Shown here: piece after piece, positions 17,603-25,721 of the stretch
Layout: every line of letters starts with the position of its first letter
How positions within the stretch are numbered: position 1 is the stretch's first letter
IMG/VR virus record: IMGVR_UViG_3300044709_000090
Coordinates: 1-49,914 of that record
Direction: 5' to 3' (one strand)
Origin: a virus
Taxonomy: Duplodnaviria > Caudoviricetes
DNA: 49,914 nucleotides
Made by a program: the position numbers and the translations under genes
The notes under the pieces: generated by a model
Database searches by the model: none
What the model was told of the DNA's origin: nothing
The model's input: the letters and a program-made list of their open reading frames with translations, nothing else

Positions 17603-18108
17603 CCAAGAGCGGATTCGAGAAGCGCCTCGAGGTCGCCACGGCCTTCGAGGAAAGGGTCGTGGCTGCTCTTGTGGACCGCAATTGGCGGGCAGAGCGGTTC
17701 GGCCAAGGTCAGCTCTCGAAGGAGATGCGGGACATCATCCGCCGCGTCAAGACGCCGACGCGGTACATGCCCGACATCATCGCCGCGAAGCAGTTCACAG
17801 CCCAGACCCGCCTGGTGTTCATCGATGCAAAGGCCGGCGAGAAGTGGCGAGAAACCGGCAAGCACGACATTGAAGCGGCCGCGTTGGATGGCGCCGAGCT
17901 ATGGCAGGAGTACTCCAAGTGTGACGTCTACTTCGTGTTCACCAATGGCGAGACGATCACGCCTGCCGTATTCCGTGAGTTGAGCCAGCCGGGCGTCTAC
18001 CGCGGAAGTGGCAGCGGAACGCCATTCCTGCTCGTGCCGCGAGCCGCCTGCTCACGCTTCGATGCCGTGTTCGGTCCGCGCGACGCATGGATGGATGGTG
18101 CGGCCTGA
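17599..18108 (+). CDS. PD-(D/E)xK family endonuclease
   Basis: FEE..V; MPDII..VFIDAK; ATGA-coupled to the MTase. Confidence 0.75.
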   Translation: MTKSGFEKRLEVATAFEERVVAALVDRNWRAERFGQGQLSKEMRDIIRRVKTPTRYMPDIIAAKQFTAQTRLVFIDAKAGEKWRETGKHDIEAAALDGAELWQEYSKCDVYFVFTNGETITPAVFRELSQPGVYRGSGSGTPFLLVPRAACSRFDAVFGPRDAWMDGAA

Positions 18109-18458
18109 TGGCACTTCCCTGGGTCCGCCTCGACACGGCCATGCCGGACAACCCGAAGATCCTCACGTTGGCCGACCTCGGCGACCGTGGCCTGGCTGCC
18201 GCGTTCGTCTGGGCCTGCTCGCTGGCCTACTCCGGCAAACACGGCCTGGACGGCTTCATCCCGAAGAGCGCGCTGAGCCGGATCAACGGCAAGTCGGGCC
18301 ACGCCCGGCTGCTCACCGAACACGGCCTGTGGAAGGACGAGGGCATCGGATGGTCGATCAACGGATGGGACGAGTTCCAGGAGTCGAACGAGGAGACCCA
18401 GGCCCGGTCGGACAAAGCCCGCCGTGCCGCGCTCGCCCGGTGGGGAAAGGGGAACTGA
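18108..18458 (+). CDS. Replication initiator-like N-terminal domain protein
   Basis: W.RLD..PDNPK..DGFIP..GLW..W.I.GW.EFQ..RRAA.ARW. Confidence 0.7.
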   Translation: MALPWVRLDTAMPDNPKILTLADLGDRGLAAAFVWACSLAYSGKHGLDGFIPKSALSRINGKSGHARLLTEHGLWKDEGIGWSINGWDEFQESNEETQARSDKARRAALARWGKGN

Positions 18459-18460
18459 CG

Positions 18461-18667
18461 ATGCCCCGAGCATTGCCCGCAGCATTGCTACCAAGCAGTG
18501 CGACCGAAAATGCCAGCAGCTATGCACGGACGGACGGACGGACTGACGGAGAAGCATGCATAGGCCGTAACCAAGCTTCCAGTCCGTACCAGGCGCGCAC
18601 GTACGTCGATTTCGCTGGATTCCTTGCCGCTTCGCGGCGGAATCGCACCGATCGGCGGGCCGCATGA
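18461..18667 (+). CDS. Hypothetical protein overlapping iteron-like repeats
   Basis: RTDGRTD low-complexity linker. Confidence 0.4.
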   Translation: MPRALPAALLPSSATENASSYARTDGRTDGEACIGRNQASSPYQARTYVDFAGFLAASRRNRTDRRAA

Positions 18668-18876
18668 CCACCCCACCCACCACCCTGCACGACGACGACA
18701 AGGTGCCCGCAGACACCAGCGCAGCCATCGAGATCGAAGAGGTCTGCGCCTGTGGCTCACGGATTCGAGTCGTCGATGCGGACGCACTCGCGCTTCTCGC
18801 CGTCGAGTTCTGGGCCGAACGACACAAGGGCCACGGCTGGTTGGAAGCCATCCGGCGGAAGGAGTCCACGCGGTGA
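18664..18876 (+). CDS. Hypothetical protein
   Basis: Coupled; E.C.CG..W..RH..H. Confidence 0.6.
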   Translation: MTTPPTTLHDDDKVPADTSAAIEIEEVCACGSRIRVVDADALALLAVEFWAERHKGHGWLEAIRRKESTR

Positions 18877-19513
18877 CCACCCTGCACGAGCGCCTCGCAG
18901 CCGAACTGGCCCGGCGGACGGCGGTGGCGAACGCGGTCCGGTTCGAGCGGACCGAACCACACGACGTCGGCGACTGGCAGGACATCTTCCACGTCACCGT
19001 CCACGGCTACCTGCATCTGCCGCCGGGGATCAAGATGATGGTCCAATCGGCCGAGGCCGCCGACGCACTGGAGTCGTTGCTCGCCGACGCGCTACGCCGC
19101 TACGCCGGGGAGCTGGACCTGTTGCAGCGCTACGACGAGCTGTCCGCCCAGTGCGAATCGCGGCTCGACGCTCACCCCGAGCCGGGAGGCGAGGTCGTCA
19201 ATCAGTTCGCGAAGCAGTGCCAACTGGGCCCGGCGCTCGAAGATCTCGTCGTGGGACAGCGCCCGCCATCCTCACCGCCCTCGCCGACGCGGGGCTGCTG
19301 CTGGCGCCCGGAGGTGAGACGCGGGAGGAGATTGGGCACCTGACCCCGGGCGGCTACGTCTACGCCTGCGGCGGCGGTTCCTGGAGCATCGCGGCGCACG
19401 CCGCCAGCGGCTGCGAATGGCCGGTCAGCCACACGTCCACGGTCACCTCGTGGGCTGACGGATCCCGCCACGTCGGCCCGTGGCTGCCGGTGAGCGATGG
19501 AGGTGGGGCGTGA
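18873..19513 (+). pseudogene. Hypothetical gene(s) joined out of frame near 19258
   Basis: Codon-biased frame switches from ORF 18624..19343 to ORF 18752..19513 (AILTALADAGLLL...). Confidence 0.45.
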
Positions 19514-19695
19514 GCGAGGACCTGGACTGCCGCGTCTACTGGGGCGCATCGGGCTGCGAACTGCCCCGCGGTCACGGACCAAGCCCACTGCCGGTACATC
19601 GCCAAGGCGACGTCGAGGTGACGGCCGAGACGGCATTCCTCTTCGGCGAAGACCTCACCGAGGCCGAGCGGACGTACATCGAGGAGGAGTGGTGA
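19510..19695 (+). CDS. Hypothetical protein
   Basis: GTGA-coupled; C.LPRGH. Confidence 0.55.
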   Translation: MSEDLDCRVYWGASGCELPRGHGPSPLPVHRQGDVEVTAETAFLFGEDLTEAERTYIEEEW

Positions 19696-20213
19696 GCGAG
19701 GATTTGGTGACGTGGCTGCGGGCGCAGATCGACGAGGATCAGTGGCACGCGGAGGAGTTGCGGCGTAGTCGGTGGTCGCATGTCGACTTTGTGACCTCAC
19801 GTGGTAGCTCGACGTGGCGGTGCATTGACCCGGACCGGCTGCTTGCCGAGGTGGAGGCGAAGGGGCGGATCCTGGACGAGATCGAACGGGCCGAGGGCGC
19901 CTGCCTGAACGGCCGGTGCGACCCAATAGACGCGGACCGGATCGTCCGGCTGCTCGCTCATCCGTACGCCGATCGTGACGGGTACCGCCGGGAATGGCGG
20001 GGCGTGGTGAGCTACGTCGAGGTCGAACCGACCTTTACCATCCACCGCGACCGTGGCATCTGGTGGGCTGAGGTCCAGTACGCCACATGGAAGGGCCAGC
20101 CGGAGACCTACGAGTCCAAGACGTGCTTCACGCCGTGGGGTGCCCGCCGGGTCGGCCGCCGCGAGTGCGAGCGGATCCGGCGCGAACGTGAATTCGACCG
20201 GGTGCCGTGGTGA
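19692..20213 (+). CDS. DUF6221 family protein with C-terminal extension
   Basis: LV.WLRAQIDED..DP.RLLAEVEAK.RI..LLA.PYAD..GY..EW. Confidence 0.8.
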   Translation: MSEDLVTWLRAQIDEDQWHAEELRRSRWSHVDFVTSRGSSTWRCIDPDRLLAEVEAKGRILDEIERAEGACLNGRCDPIDADRIVRLLAHPYADRDGYRREWRGVVSYVEVEPTFTIHRDRGIWWAEVQYATWKGQPETYESKTCFTPWGARRVGRRECERIRREREFDRVPW

Positions 20214-20902
20214 TCGAACACCGCTGCGTCACGTGCGCCCAGCTCCGCGCCGGCGAGCCCCGGATCTACGAACGCGCCCAGTGCTGCGAGGGATGCCGGT
20301 CGAGGCTTCGGGCCATGCTCGCCGAGGTGGTCGACCTGTACGCCGACCTGACGCTGGAGAAGGGCTCAACTGGCGGGGCGAAGGTCTCCGGCTCACGCAC
20401 GCCACCGCTGCCGCTCGCCGTCGGCATACTGGACCTGACCATGCCGGCGCACCTTCGCGCGGTCCACGACGGGCTGCACGACCAACTGGGCGACATCAGC
20501 GCGGCGACCATCCTGGACAGCTGGGCCACCGACTGGCAGACGTACCGCTGGGCGCTGCTGCCCGCACCGACGGTGCCGACACTGGTGGGCTGGCTGACCG
20601 AACGGCTGGACTGGGCGTGCGACAAGCACCCGGCCATCGACGACTTCGCGGCCGAGCTCAACGGCTTGGTGCGTCGGCTGCGTCCACCGGCGCCGCGCGC
20701 CGAGCTGAAGACCGGGGTGCCGTGCCGGGAGTGCGAGAAGGTCACCCTGTACCGCTGGCCGGGTTCGGACTACATCGAGTGCGGATCGTGCGATGTGCTG
20801 ATGACGCCGGATGAGTACGAGCGGTGGATCCAGCTGATCTCAGCGGTTGAGCATCAGCCGTGGGTGCGGGCCGTGGTGGCGAGGGAGCGAGGCGTGGCAT
20901 GA
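20210..20902 (+). CDS. Zn-finger protein, probable late transcription regulator
   Basis: Four CxxC pairs; position near the end of the early operon. Confidence 0.6.
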   Translation: MIEHRCVTCAQLRAGEPRIYERAQCCEGCRSRLRAMLAEVVDLYADLTLEKGSTGGAKVSGSRTPPLPLAVGILDLTMPAHLRAVHDGLHDQLGDISAATILDSWATDWQTYRWALLPAPTVPTLVGWLTERLDWACDKHPAIDDFAAELNGLVRRLRPPAPRAELKTGVPCRECEKVTLYRWPGSDYIECGSCDVLMTPDEYERWIQLISAVEHQPWVRAVVARERGVA

Positions 20903-21168
20903 CTCAATCCGATGACCAGCCCCAGTGGCTCGCCGACTTGGTGCGCGAGGTTGCGCTGTGGAAGGCGCGTCGTCGTCGAGCGACCCAGATACGCAGGCCC
21001 AGACCGCGACCGCGAACGACATGCACCGTCTGTGGCAAGAACGTCGGAACCCGCCTTCTCGATGATGGTGTAGTCCTGCCTTGGCTGCATCAGCCTTACC
21101 CCGGACAGCCGAGGATCCACTTCACCTGGTGCCCCGGCGTTCAGGTGCCGATTCCGGTGGTGGCGTGA
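20899..21168 (+). CDS. Hypothetical protein
   Basis: ATGA-coupled; CTVC..H..CPG. Confidence 0.5.
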   Translation: MTQSDDQPQWLADLVREVALWKARRRRATQIRRPRPRPRTTCTVCGKNVGTRLLDDGVVLPWLHQPYPGQPRIHFTWCPGVQVPIPVVA

Positions 21169-21329
21169 TGGATGTCCGTGACGAACTTGTCAACTGCCAC
21201 GCTCCAGCGCACGTTGTCGAGGATCTCCAGCGCGCCGATCCCGAGTTGGTGTTCTGCGAGCACTGCAAGAGGGAGTTTCCCTGCCCGGCTATGGTCGCCG
21301 CCGGATGGGGCCAACAGCGCATAAGTTGA
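21168..21329 (+). CDS. Small Zn-binding protein
   Basis: H.P..CEHC..FPCP. Confidence 0.5.
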   Translation: MDVRDELVNCHAPAHVVEDLQRADPELVFCEHCKREFPCPAMVAAGWGQQRIS

Positions 21330-21354
21330 CCATTCGATGTAGATCGGCTTTACT
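21326..21354 (+). promoter_or_regulatory. Putative late-operon promoter TTGACC-N17-TTTACT
   Basis: Good -35, imperfect -10, AT-richer gap before the late genes. Confidence 0.4.
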
Positions 21355-21395
21355 GAGCACACGTGCTTCGCCCTGCCCAAAAACAGGAGGAGCCC

Positions 21396-21593
21396 GTGAA
21401 CCTCGATGCCCAGGTACCCGCCAGCGACGCTGCGTGGTTCCTGGGCATCTCGCGTCAACTGCTCAACTACTGGCGCAGCAGCGGCAAAGTCCAAGCCGTC
21501 GCCCACCACGGCCGACGCCCGCTGTACCGCCTCGCCGACCTCGTCGAGGTCGAACGGGCCACGCGCCGCTCACCACAATCACACCGGGGGTGA
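21396..21593 (+). CDS. MerR-like HTH DNA-binding protein
   Basis: AAWFLGISRQLLNYWRSSGKV..RPLYRLADL; AGGAGG RBS. Confidence 0.8.
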   Translation: MNLDAQVPASDAAWFLGISRQLLNYWRSSGKVQAVAHHGRRPLYRLADLVEVERATRRSPQSHRG

Positions 21594-21595
21594 CC

Positions 21596-21907
21596 GTGAC
21601 CGACTTCATCATCGAGGTGCGCCACACCATCGCCCTCGACGAAGAGACCAAGACGTTCTTCCGCACCCTGCTCCTGCCGGTCATCGCCGGCCTCAACCAC
21701 TTGGAGACCCGCATGTCCGCAGTAGACGACGCCATCGCCGCCCTCGGTATCACCGCCGACGAGCTCAAGAAGGACACCGAGCGCCTCATCGCCCTGTTCG
21801 TGGCCGGCGGCGAGCTCACCCCCGAGCAGCAGGCCGCCGTTGATGCGCTGGAGAACAAGTTCGCCGCCATCGACGCCGCGGTCGAAGCTGCCGCACCCGA
21901 GGCGTGA
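21596..21907 (+). CDS. Coiled-coil hypothetical protein
   Basis: Strong codon bias. Confidence 0.7.
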   Translation: MTDFIIEVRHTIALDEETKTFFRTLLLPVIAGLNHLETRMSAVDDAIAALGITADELKKDTERLIALFVAGGELTPEQQAAVDALENKFAAIDAAVEAAAPEA

Positions 21908-21908
21908 C

Positions 21909-22091
21909 GTGGACAGCCCTCGTGACCTGAACTGCTGCCAGACGGGCTTCATGTTCGACGGTGCCCGCCATGACGACGACTGCCAGAAGCGCACACCCTC
22001 GCACGAACTGCTGGCACTGGTCGCCGCCAAGGCTGAGGGCATCAAGCTCCCCGAGTACGCGACGACAGCCATCGTCGTCACGCCAACGTAG
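21909..22091 (+). CDS. Hypothetical protein
   Basis: Fits between its neighbours. Confidence 0.5.
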   Translation: MDSPRDLNCCQTGFMFDGARHDDDCQKRTPSHELLALVAAKAEGIKLPEYATTAIVVTPT

Positions 22092-22102
22092 GCACGACGA
22101 CG

Positions 22103-22489
22103 GTGGCCGACCTGGGGACGCTGACCCGTGACCTCGTCAAGGTCTGGCAGGCCATCCATCAGCTCACGGCCATCGTCACCAAACAGGGCGAGCACATCGC
22201 CCAACTGAGCGCCGCCCTGGCCCTGTTCGGCGGCCAGTCCGAACGGGCCGGGGCCGACCTCAACCCACTCGCCACCGGCATCGGCTCAGTCGACATCACC
22301 TGGCCCAACCCGTTCCCCGACACCGCCTACGGTGTGTACCCGGCGATCGTCGTACCCGGCGCCAACATGGGCCAGTGCTTCGTCGAGGTCTCAGCCAAGA
22401 CCACCACCGGCGCCACCATCGCCGTACGCAACACGTCCGGTGGGGTGCTGACCACCGCCCTGCTCGACGTGCTGGCGATCAGGACGTGA
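22103..22489 (+). CDS. Coiled-coil plus beta-sandwich (fibre-tip-like) protein
   Basis: VDITWPNPFPDTAYGV..KTTTG.TI.VRN. Confidence 0.6.
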   Translation: MADLGTLTRDLVKVWQAIHQLTAIVTKQGEHIAQLSAALALFGGQSERAGADLNPLATGIGSVDITWPNPFPDTAYGVYPAIVVPGANMGQCFVEVSAKTTTGATIAVRNTSGGVLTTALLDVLAIRT

Positions 22490-22490
22490 C

Positions 22491-22814
22491 ATGGTCAAGC
22501 GTCCATGTCTGGGATGCGGACGCATCAGCGAGGGCAGTCGATGCCCCGAGTGTCAGCGGGCCAAGGACCGCACGACGTTGCGATCCAAGCGCGAACGCCG
22601 TCCACGCATCCCGTCAGAGGATGCTCGTCGCGCCCGTGTAGTGGCCGCACACAGGGCCAGCGTCGGGGACTGGTGTCCCGGGTGGGGGCGAGAGCCACAC
22701 CCCAGCAGCGACCTCACAGCCGACCACCCTGTGGCGGTGGGGGCAGGGGGCAGCGAGAGGCAGGCACTCACTGTGCTGTGTCGCTCATGCAACGGGGCCA
22801 AGGGCTCGCACTGA
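22491..22814 (+). CDS. Packaging-associated HNH endonuclease
   Basis: CLGC..CPEC; LTADH..LCRSCN..KG; directly upstream of terS. Confidence 0.9.
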   Translation: MVKRPCLGCGRISEGSRCPECQRAKDRTTLRSKRERRPRIPSEDARRARVVAAHRASVGDWCPGWGREPHPSSDLTADHPVAVGAGGSERQALTVLCRSCNGAKGSH

Positions 22815-22815
22815 T

Positions 22816-23012
22816 GTGACTGAGTGTGACTATCACTGCATCACGCAGAGTCACATGAGGCCAGAGGTTGAATAGGACATAGGGCTCAAAAAATCCAGAC
22901 CAGGACGATCAGGACCCCCGGGCCAGGGGTCCAGCGGTATCTACGGGTCTGGAGGTCACGCAGCGTGCGTGATCCGTATCTCACCTTCTGGGTCCGCTAC
23001 CGAGCGTGATGG
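22816..23012. other. Probable packaging-initiation (cos/pac) region
   Basis: Non-coding gap between HNH and terS with GTGAC/TCAC repeats and nested inverted repeats. Confidence 0.45.
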
Positions 23013-23024
23013 GGGGTGGTGGGC

Positions 23025-23447
23025 ATGCCAGGAATGGGACCGCCGCCGAAGCATCCCTCGCAGCGACGTCGTACCAATCCCACGGTGGCGATGACCCAAC
23101 TGCCGGCTGAGGGGCGGGCGGCGGAAGCCCCCCCGTGGCCGATCGGCCGACCGACCGCAGCGGAAAGGTCGATATGGGTCGAACTATGGGCTTCGCCGCA
23201 GTCGGTCGCCTGGGAACGACTGGGATGGACCCGTTCGGTCGCCCGATATTGCCGCGCGCTGGTCGAGGCCGAGCGAAAAGATGCCGCAGCCTCCCTCCTC
23301 GCCGAGGTGCGACAAATGGAGGACCGGCTCGGGCTCACGCCGATGTCGATGCTGCGCCTGCGCTGGGAGATCGCACCGGACGAACTCGCCGAGGCCCGAC
23401 AGGCGCCGGCGGCGTCCGACCGGCCGAGGCTCCGAGCTGTCGAGTAG
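23025..23447 (+). CDS. terS: Terminase small subunit
   Basis: GPPPK..RRR.N; W..LW.SPQ..W; EVRQ.EDRLGLTP.S..RLRW. Confidence 0.9.
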   Translation: MPGMGPPPKHPSQRRRTNPTVAMTQLPAEGRAAEAPPWPIGRPTAAERSIWVELWASPQSVAWERLGWTRSVARYCRALVEAERKDAAASLLAEVRQMEDRLGLTPMSMLRLRWEIAPDELAEARQAPAASDRPRLRAVE

Positions 23448-23450
23448 GCC

Positions 23451-25094
23451 GTGCCCTGGCGCGGGCCGGAGGTTGAGGGCGAATACCCGACCCTCGGCCA
23501 CCGGGTAGGGGACTGGATCGAAGCGAACTGCGTGATCCCAGACGGCATTTATCAAGGCGACGCGTTCAAGCTCACCGATGAGATGTGGCGGTTCCTGTTC
23601 CGGTTCTATCGGCTGAAGCCAGCCGCTCGCCGAGATCCGGAGAAGCCGTCGGCGGCGTTCGAGAACCGTGGTGGGCTGTTAATGAGGCCCCAAAAGTGGG
23701 GAAAGGGGCCGTTTGCAGCGGCAATTTGCCTCGCCGAGGCCTTCGGGCCCGTGCGTTTCGATGGTTGGGACGGCGCAGGTGAGCCAGTCGGCATCGCCCA
23801 GCCGACGCCGTGGATCCAGATCGTTGCGACGTCGGAGGAGCAGACCGACAACACCTGGCTGGCGCTCTACGAGATGGCCAGCCGCGGCGCTGTCGCCGAT
23901 ATCCCGGGCGTCGACATTGGAATCGAGGACATCAACCTGCCTTCCGGGGGCAAAATCGAGCCCCGGACGTCCTCCGGGAAGGCCCGACTGGGTGCTCGGC
24001 TCACCTTTGCGGTCTTCGACGAGACGCACCTGTTCGTCGAGAGCAACGGCGGTGTCCTGCTCGCCTCGACGATGAAGCGCAACATCGGGGGCATGTCTGG
24101 CCGCTGGCTGGAGACGACGAACGCCTATGACCCGTCACAGAAGTCGGTCGCACAGCGCACACATGAGCACAAGGCGTCCGATGTGGTCATCGACTACCGT
24201 CCGGCGCCCCGACTACCGGATCAGAACGACGACGAGGACTGCCTTGAGTGCCTTGAGCACGTATACGGTGACTCGTGGTGGGTGGACCGGGACCGGGTAC
24301 TGACCGACGCCCGCGACCCGGGCGTGTGCCCGACGTGGCCGGACGCACTGCGGTACTTCTTCAACCGGATCGTCGTCGGCGTCTCGGATGCGGTCGACGC
24401 GATCCGCTGGGACGCCCTGGCCCGGCCGCGGGATCTCAAGCCCCGCGACAGGATCGCGCTCGGCTTCGACGGTTCGCGCTCACAGGACTGCACGTCGCTC
24501 GTAGCCTCCCGCATCGATGATGGCCGGTGGTTCCACCTCAAGACCTGGAACCCAGCCGACTACGCCGACCACAAGGTGCCCCGCAGTGAGGTCGACGACG
24601 TCATGACTGACGCGTTCGCGGCGTACGAGGTGTGGTACCTGTTCGGCGATCCGTACCGATGGCAGGAGTACTTCGAGATCTGGGCCGCACGGTGGCCCAA
24701 ACGGGTGGTGGAGTTCCCGACCAACGTCGAGAAGCGCATGGACGACGCCATTGTGCGGTTTCAGACCGTGCTCGCCCGCGAACTTACCCACGACGGCGAT
24801 GAGACGCTGCGGACGCACGCGATGCAGGCGGCGATCGCGCGGGGACGCAAGCGAGCCCCGCGGCCCGAAGAGGACCCTGCGGTGGCGCATCACTTCTTGC
24901 GGGTCATCCCGAAGCGAGACAAGGGCCACATCGACGCTCTTGTGGCTGGGTTACTTGCCGAGGCAGCCCGGGGTCAGGCCATCGAGGATGGTGCGTTGAC
25001 TGTCATGGCGCCGCTGCCGCCGTCCTTTGCGCGGGCGGATGAGCGAGGATTCTACGCGGCGTCGGAGTCCAACGTCATGACGATGGGTTTCTGA
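23451..25094 (+). CDS. terL: Terminase large subunit
   Basis: RPQKWGKG Walker A, VFDETH Walker B, LGFDGS nuclease, HIDA. Confidence 0.95.
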   Translation: MPWRGPEVEGEYPTLGHRVGDWIEANCVIPDGIYQGDAFKLTDEMWRFLFRFYRLKPAARRDPEKPSAAFENRGGLLMRPQKWGKGPFAAAICLAEAFGPVRFDGWDGAGEPVGIAQPTPWIQIVATSEEQTDNTWLALYEMASRGAVADIPGVDIGIEDINLPSGGKIEPRTSSGKARLGARLTFAVFDETHLFVESNGGVLLASTMKRNIGGMSGRWLETTNAYDPSQKSVAQRTHEHKASDVVIDYRPAPRLPDQNDDEDCLECLEHVYGDSWWVDRDRVLTDARDPGVCPTWPDALRYFFNRIVVGVSDAVDAIRWDALARPRDLKPRDRIALGFDGSRSQDCTSLVASRIDDGRWFHLKTWNPADYADHKVPRSEVDDVMTDAFAAYEVWYLFGDPYRWQEYFEIWAARWPKRVVEFPTNVEKRMDDAIVRFQTVLARELTHDGDETLRTHAMQAAIARGRKRAPRPEEDPAVAHHFLRVIPKRDKGHIDALVAGLLAEAARGQAIEDGALTVMAPLPPSFARADERGFYAASESNVMTMGF

Positions 25095-25617
25095 CCGACA
25101 TCCATCCTTTGCCGGTTCGGATGCGACTGATCGTCGACTGGCGTACGCCGAATCGACGAGCAATTGATGTTTGTGGCTCGCCGCTGGCGACGGCGGCGAG
25201 GATAGCTGGGATGTCTGCATCCTTGAGTTTGGCCATGCCATGCCGTTCACCATCGCGGTGTCGGTCGCGACCCTTCTCGCGGCAGTCGAGCAGGTTGTCC
25301 AGGGTGGTTCCCTCGAAGAGATGCTCGGCGTTGCAACAGGGCGGATTGTCACAACGATGACAGACGTTCATGCTTTCCGCGATCGGTCGTCCAAGCGCAA
25401 GCTCAAGGGCAAAGCGGTGTGCGCTACCTTGCTTGATGCCGTCGTCGGTAGAGAATGTGTAGCGGCCGTAGCCGCGGTGATTGCGGACGCCCGTCCAGTT
25501 CAGGCAGCCGGTGTCGGGGTCGAGTTCCACTCGGGCCATCAGCCACGCGAGGTCACGGACATGGCGGTACCGGCCGTGGGGGCCAGGGTTCGCCTTAGGC
25601 TTTGTCATTGGGTCCAT
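25075..25617 (-). CDS. Free-standing HNH homing endonuclease with C-terminal HTH
   Basis: GC..WTG..GYG; AHR; VCHRCDNPPCCN..HL..GT..DN; IARRFGV.QSTISRI. Confidence 0.9.
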   Translation of the reverse strand: MDPMTKPKANPGPHGRYRHVRDLAWLMARVELDPDTGCLNWTGVRNHRGYGRYTFSTDDGIKQGSAHRFALELALGRPIAESMNVCHRCDNPPCCNAEHLFEGTTLDNLLDCREKGRDRHRDGERHGMAKLKDADIPAILAAVASGEPQTSIARRFGVRQSTISRIRTGKGWMSVRNPSS

Positions 25618-25721
25618 CCCTCTATCACAGGGTTTTGGATCAAGGCCCTCGTTTTGGTGCTCACACACCAGCGAGGGCCGACCTTACTCCATACAGGATA
25701 GTCGGTTCGGGGGTGGCGCGC

